Part shown: positions 60,818 through 64,000 of the stretch, one piece after another | How positions within the stretch are numbered: the first letter of the stretch is position 1 | Layout: each line of letters starts with the position of its first letter | The notes under the pieces: generated by a model | Seen by the model: the letters and a program-made list of their open reading frames with translations, nothing else | Database searches by the model: none | What the model was told of the DNA's origin: nothing | Position numbers and translations under genes: made by a program | Assembly: GCA_964561135.1 (NCBI GenBank) | Contig: CAZLOB010000022.1 | Coordinates: forward strand, 5,718-69,717 | Length of the DNA: 64,000 nt | DNA from: an uncultured Elusimicrobia bacterium | Lineage (GTDB): Bacteria > Elusimicrobiota > Endomicrobiia > DTEH01 | Reading direction: 5' to 3'

Positions 60818-61631
60818 ATACTAACCAAAATTCTGATGATGTCAAATCAATTTTGTTTTTTAGAAACTCGTATGCATTAGCTTTGTTTATTGCAACTTCA
60901 ATATATCCGATAGAATTAACGTATGCTAAAAATTCTTTTTCTTTTACATCTGCATAACATTTTTTAATTTTGGCCTTAAACATAGGTTTATTTTTATAAC
61001 AAATTGTAAGATAATATCTCTCAATTTTGTTTTTATTTAATACTTCTTCAGGTAAAGATGTAATGATATTCCCGAAACTATCACTAAAAAGATATTTTCC
61101 AACAACAATTTTTTTATTACCAAGTTTTTTTATTTCATAAGAAAAGTTTTGTAGTGTTATAATTTTTGATTTTTCAAATTTTTCACAAATTTTTTTAATA
61201 GGCACATTTTTAGATATATAAGCACCTACAGGTGAAAAAATATCCCGTCCATGGAAAGTATTACTTATTTTAGGTAAAAAAAATTTTGTGTTAACTATTT
61301 TATAAACTGAATAATTTTTTTCTTTATCTATCACTTTTGTTATTAATCCATTATTGGGTACAATAAAAACATAAAATCTTGTCTTTATCAAAAGTATTTC
61401 TCTTTCACTTCCTACTCCAGGGTCAACTACACATACAAAAATACTTCCTCTCGGAAAAAACTCATAAGATTTTGCAAGGATAACTGATGCTTGTAGAACA
61501 TTTTGTGGTGCAATATTATGACAAAGATCAATTATTTCTGCATTAGGATTTATCTTTTTAATTACTCCTTTCATTTGGCCAATATAAAAGTCGTTATTGA
61601 AATCTGTCAACAAAACAATAGGCCTTTTCAT
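60810..61631 (-). CDS. S-adenosyl-L-methionine hydroxide adenosyltransferase (DUF62 SAM hydrolase, fluorinase/chlorinase superfamily)
   Basis: The motifs are N-terminal LLTDF, VVDPGVGS and the highly conserved TFHGRDIFSPV. Length is ~273 aa. Confidence 0.75.
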   Translation of the reverse strand: MKRPIVLLTDFNNDFYIGQMKGVIKKINPNAEIIDLCHNIAPQNVLQASVILAKSYEFFPRGSIFVCVVDPGVGSEREILLIKTRFYVFIVPNNGLITKVIDKEKNYSVYKIVNTKFFLPKISNTFHGRDIFSPVGAYISKNVPIKKICEKFEKSKIITLQNFSYEIKKLGNKKIVVGKYLFSDSFGNIITSLPEEVLNKNKIERYYLTICYKNKPMFKAKIKKCYADVKEKEFLAYVNSIGYIEVAINKANAYEFLKNKIDLTSSEFWLVYE

Positions 61632-62335
61632 TTTATATAATACAAGGTCCTGTGTAACTGAGGAATTATATGTATTGATGGTACATATCTTTTTGCTTTC
61701 CTAAAAATTTCAACAAGATTAAAAAAAAGTTTTCTATTTCTTTTTTTTAATGCTGAAGTTTCCGGCTGTAATACCAAAATTTTTGGTTTTGCATTTTTTA
61801 AAAGATGACAAATTTTTTTTAATGTATTTTTTTTATACCACGCTCTCCCACAAACCACCATCTTTATAAAAAACTTCTTATTTTTATTCTTACATAAACT
61901 AATAACTTTTTCAGCTTCACGCAGTGTATTTTTTTTATTTAAATCATCATCTGGAATTTTGACATTAACTGCGCAAACATCTATAAGATCTATTATTTTT
62001 TCAAATTGGTTTAATGATGAAGCATTTGTTTCTAAATAAATTTTTACTCTACAATTTTTTATAATCTCTTTTATAAAAAACGGTAGATCTTTTTGTAGCA
62101 AAGGTTCACCACCTGTTAAACTTATAAACTCAGGTCTATATTTTTTAACATATTCCAAAACTTTTTTAACAGCAACATTTAATTCAACTTTATCCTTTGA
62201 TGAAACTTTTTTTGCATATTTTGTATCACAATAACAACAACTAAGATTACATCCTGCAAACCTTACAAACACCGTTGGGCAACCAATATAAGGACCTTCA
62301 GCTTGGTAAGAAAAGAAAATTTCTTTAATGTTCAT
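61628..62335 (-). CDS. queE: 7-carboxy-7-deazaguanine synthase (radical SAM)
   Basis: The N-terminus EIFFSYQAEGPYIGCPTVFVRFAGCNLSCCYCDTKY is a QueE-type modified CxxxCxxC cluster motif. Confidence 0.8.
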   Translation of the reverse strand: MNIKEIFFSYQAEGPYIGCPTVFVRFAGCNLSCCYCDTKYAKKVSSKDKVELNVAVKKVLEYVKKYRPEFISLTGGEPLLQKDLPFFIKEIIKNCRVKIYLETNASSLNQFEKIIDLIDVCAVNVKIPDDDLNKKNTLREAEKVISLCKNKNKKFFIKMVVCGRAWYKKNTLKKICHLLKNAKPKILVLQPETSALKKRNRKLFFNLVEIFRKAKRYVPSIHIIPQLHRTLYYIK

Positions 62336-63000
62336 TTTTTATCCAATGGATCAACAAGCCCTGCTTTTTTAAACCCCATTTTACGAAACCTGCAAGAGTC
62401 ACAACTTCCACAAGGTCTTTTTGCACCTTTATAACAACTCCATGTGTTTTGCAAAGGGACACCAAGTTTTACTGCTAATTTAACAATTTCTTCTTTTGTC
62501 AAATTGATAAGTGGAGCAACAATTTTTATTTTTTTACCACTTACACCCTTCTTTGTTCCAACATTTATCATTTTTTGGAAAGCGTCAACAAACTCTTGCC
62601 TACAGTCAGGATATCCAGAAAAATCAATTTGGTTTGCTCCAAAAAAAATGTAATTAGCATCTATTACTTCTGCCAAAGATGTTGCAAACGATAAAAATAT
62701 TATATTTCTTGCAGGAACATAAGTTAACGGGATTACATTTTTGTGTTTGCTTTTAGTCAACTTAAGTTTTTTATTAATTAACGAACTACCTTTCCAAGGT
62801 AGACCAAATTTTACAACATAGTATTTCAACCCTAAACTTTTAGCAATTTTTTTTGCACAATAAATTTCTTTTTTATGTCTTTGTCCATAGTCAAATATAA
62901 GGCACACAGGCTTATATCCTTGCTTAATTACATAATAAAGAGTGGTAGTAGAATCTAACCCGCCAGAAAGTAAAACAACACATTTTTTATTCTTCTTCAT
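62332..63000 (-). CDS. queC: 7-cyano-7-deazaguanine synthase
   Basis: The PP-loop SGGLDS (VVLLSGGLDSTT) and the C-terminal zinc-binding Cys cluster (C..CGSCDSC) are present. Confidence 0.85.
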   Translation of the reverse strand: MKKNKKCVVLLSGGLDSTTTLYYVIKQGYKPVCLIFDYGQRHKKEIYCAKKIAKSLGLKYYVVKFGLPWKGSSLINKKLKLTKSKHKNVIPLTYVPARNIIFLSFATSLAEVIDANYIFFGANQIDFSGYPDCRQEFVDAFQKMINVGTKKGVSGKKIKIVAPLINLTKEEIVKLAVKLGVPLQNTWSCYKGAKRPCGSCDSCRFRKMGFKKAGLVDPLDKK

Positions 63001-63373
63001 AACTCGCGTACTGGGTTGGTGTTTCCCACACGATAACCTTTATTTTTTGTATATTTTTATATTTTAAAAGTTTCTCTTTTAATTTTTCGTATATAAACTT
63101 TGCAATATTTTCTGCAGTTGGTTGATTATTTTTAAAAAATGGAAGGTTGTTTAAATATTTATGGTCTAACTGGTATAAAATTTTGTTCAAAACTTTTTTT
63201 AATTTCACAAAATCTATTACCATTTGTTGAGTGTTTAACTTTGTAGATGAAACGATAACCCCTACTTTCCAATTATGTCCATGTAGATTCTCACATTTAC
63301 CTTTATATAATTTCAAATGATGTGCAGCAGAAAAACTGTTTTCTACATATACTTCAAATTTATTCACTTTCAT
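62987..63373 (-). CDS. queD: 6-carboxy-5,6,7,8-tetrahydropterin synthase (PTPS-like)
   Basis: The 128-aa protein has the zinc-binding His motif (SAAHHL...HGHNW) and an E-x-P-T region (ETPTQ). Confidence 0.8.
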   Translation of the reverse strand: MKVNKFEVYVENSFSAAHHLKLYKGKCENLHGHNWKVGVIVSSTKLNTQQMVIDFVKLKKVLNKILYQLDHKYLNNLPFFKNNQPTAENIAKFIYEKLKEKLLKYKNIQKIKVIVWETPTQYASYEEE

Positions 63374-64000
63374 TCAATTTTAACTTTTTTAACATATTTT
63401 ATTTCTTGACCTAATAACAACGATCCTATTTTTTTAAAACTTTCAGGATTGTCAGAAACAAAAAATTTATATTTTGGTTTGTTATTCCTAAATTTACACA
63501 ATTTATTTTCTTCAAGAATTTTTTTAACTTCTTTTGCTGTTTCTAACGACGAATCCACAACAGTAACATTTTTACCAATTATATCTTGAATTATATTTTT
63601 TATTGCAGGATAATGAGTACAACCTAATACTAAAACATCAATACCAAAATTTTTTAAAGGTGCTAAATACTCAGCTGATAGTTGTCTTAAAATATTTTCA
63701 TGGTTTATTGTTTGATAATAGTCACTATTTATAAGTTGAAGTTTATCAATCCATCCTTCTTCTATTAAAGGGACAAACAAAGGTGTTGGTTGGCAAAAAA
63801 TTTTTGCCTTATTACAAATTTTTTTAATCGCTTTTATATATGATTTGCTTTTTATAGTTGCTTTTGTACCGATTACTCCAATTTTATAATTTTTTGTGTA
63901 TTCAACAGCAGCCCTAGCACCAGGAGTGACAACTTCTACTATTTTGAGATTTTTAAACATTTTTTTTAACATTGGGATAGCATATGATGATGAAGTATTA
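63370..64000 (-). CDS. murI: Glutamate racemase (C-terminal ~2/3; N-terminal coding part lies beyond the window end)
   Basis: The second catalytic Cys motif LGCTHYP and the IGVIGT-like region are present. The frame remains open to position 64000, so the true start is off-window. Confidence 0.7.
   Translation of the reverse strand, partial: NTSSSYAIPMLKKMFKNLKIVEVVTPGARAAVEYTKNYKIGVIGTKATIKSKSYIKAIKKICNKAKIFCQPTPLFVPLIEEGWIDKLQLINSDYYQTINHENILRQLSAEYLAPLKNFGIDVLVLGCTHYPAIKNIIQDIIGKNVTVVDSSLETAKEVKKILEENKLCKFRNNKPKYKFFVSDNPESFKKIGSLLLGQEIKYVKKVKIE

Noticed and set aside
63370-63972. murI as a complete 200-aa gene starting at the ATG at 63972
   Set aside because: Glutamate racemases are about 260 aa, and the N-terminal catalytic Cys motif region is missing. 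The frame stays open to the window edge, so the gene is truncated by the window.

Overview
The window is an AT-rich (roughly 30% GC by eye) bacterial chromosomal segment with K/E/I-rich, thermophile-like proteins. It is very gene-dense: about 95% coding, with many 1-20 bp start/stop overlaps. I found no transposase, integrase, CRISPR array, rRNA or obvious prophage. There are two tRNAs: Gly-GCC on the minus strand and Pro-UGG on the plus strand.

The content is core metabolism arranged in long single-strand blocks:
- pstA'-pstB-phoU, then a CapA-like gene
- prfB, with the programmed +1 frameshift
- an aromatic amino-acid block: pheA, hisC-family aminotransferase, half-size TSUP permease, DAHP synthase, tyrA, aroA
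- ispH; an M23/LysM peptidase; rpmE-prfA-prmC-murA; hisD-hisB
- cimA/leuA-like, ilvD, a GT4 glycosyltransferase, ilvB
- folD-acsD; scpB
- an uncharacterised operon: TIM-barrel sugar-phosphate isomerase-like, GalT-like HIT transferase, 727-aa HEAT-repeat protein, TlpA-like thioredoxin
- panC-trxA on the minus strand; comFC; a miaB-like methylthiotransferase
- mutS, a PilZ gene, mutL, miaA, hflX
- lipid genes (pgsA-like, plsY, gpsA); hup; a MerR-like regulator plus small export protein
- purH; suhB; radC; a tiny Cys-rich ORF plus an ACT-less aspartokinase; queH-aroD
- a 13-kb minus-strand block: murI'-queD-queC-queE-DUF62-rlmI-like-queF-murC-murB-ddl-ftsQ-ftsA-ftsZ-pilT-pgeF

The observations most worth a second look:
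- preQ1/queuosine synthesis genes plus a DUF62 SAM hydrolase sit inside the division/cell-wall (dcw) cluster with no riboswitch
- the prfB frameshift site reads CUU UAA C rather than the canonical CUU UGA C
- a PilZ (c-di-GMP receptor) gene lies between mutS and mutL
- the aspartokinase lacks its ACT regulatory domains
- pilT is an orphan gene between ftsZ and pgeF
- acsD stands alone next to folD
- the HEAT-repeat operon is uncharacterised

I saw no clear novel defence or mobile system. All calls rest on motif recognition by eye, not database searches.
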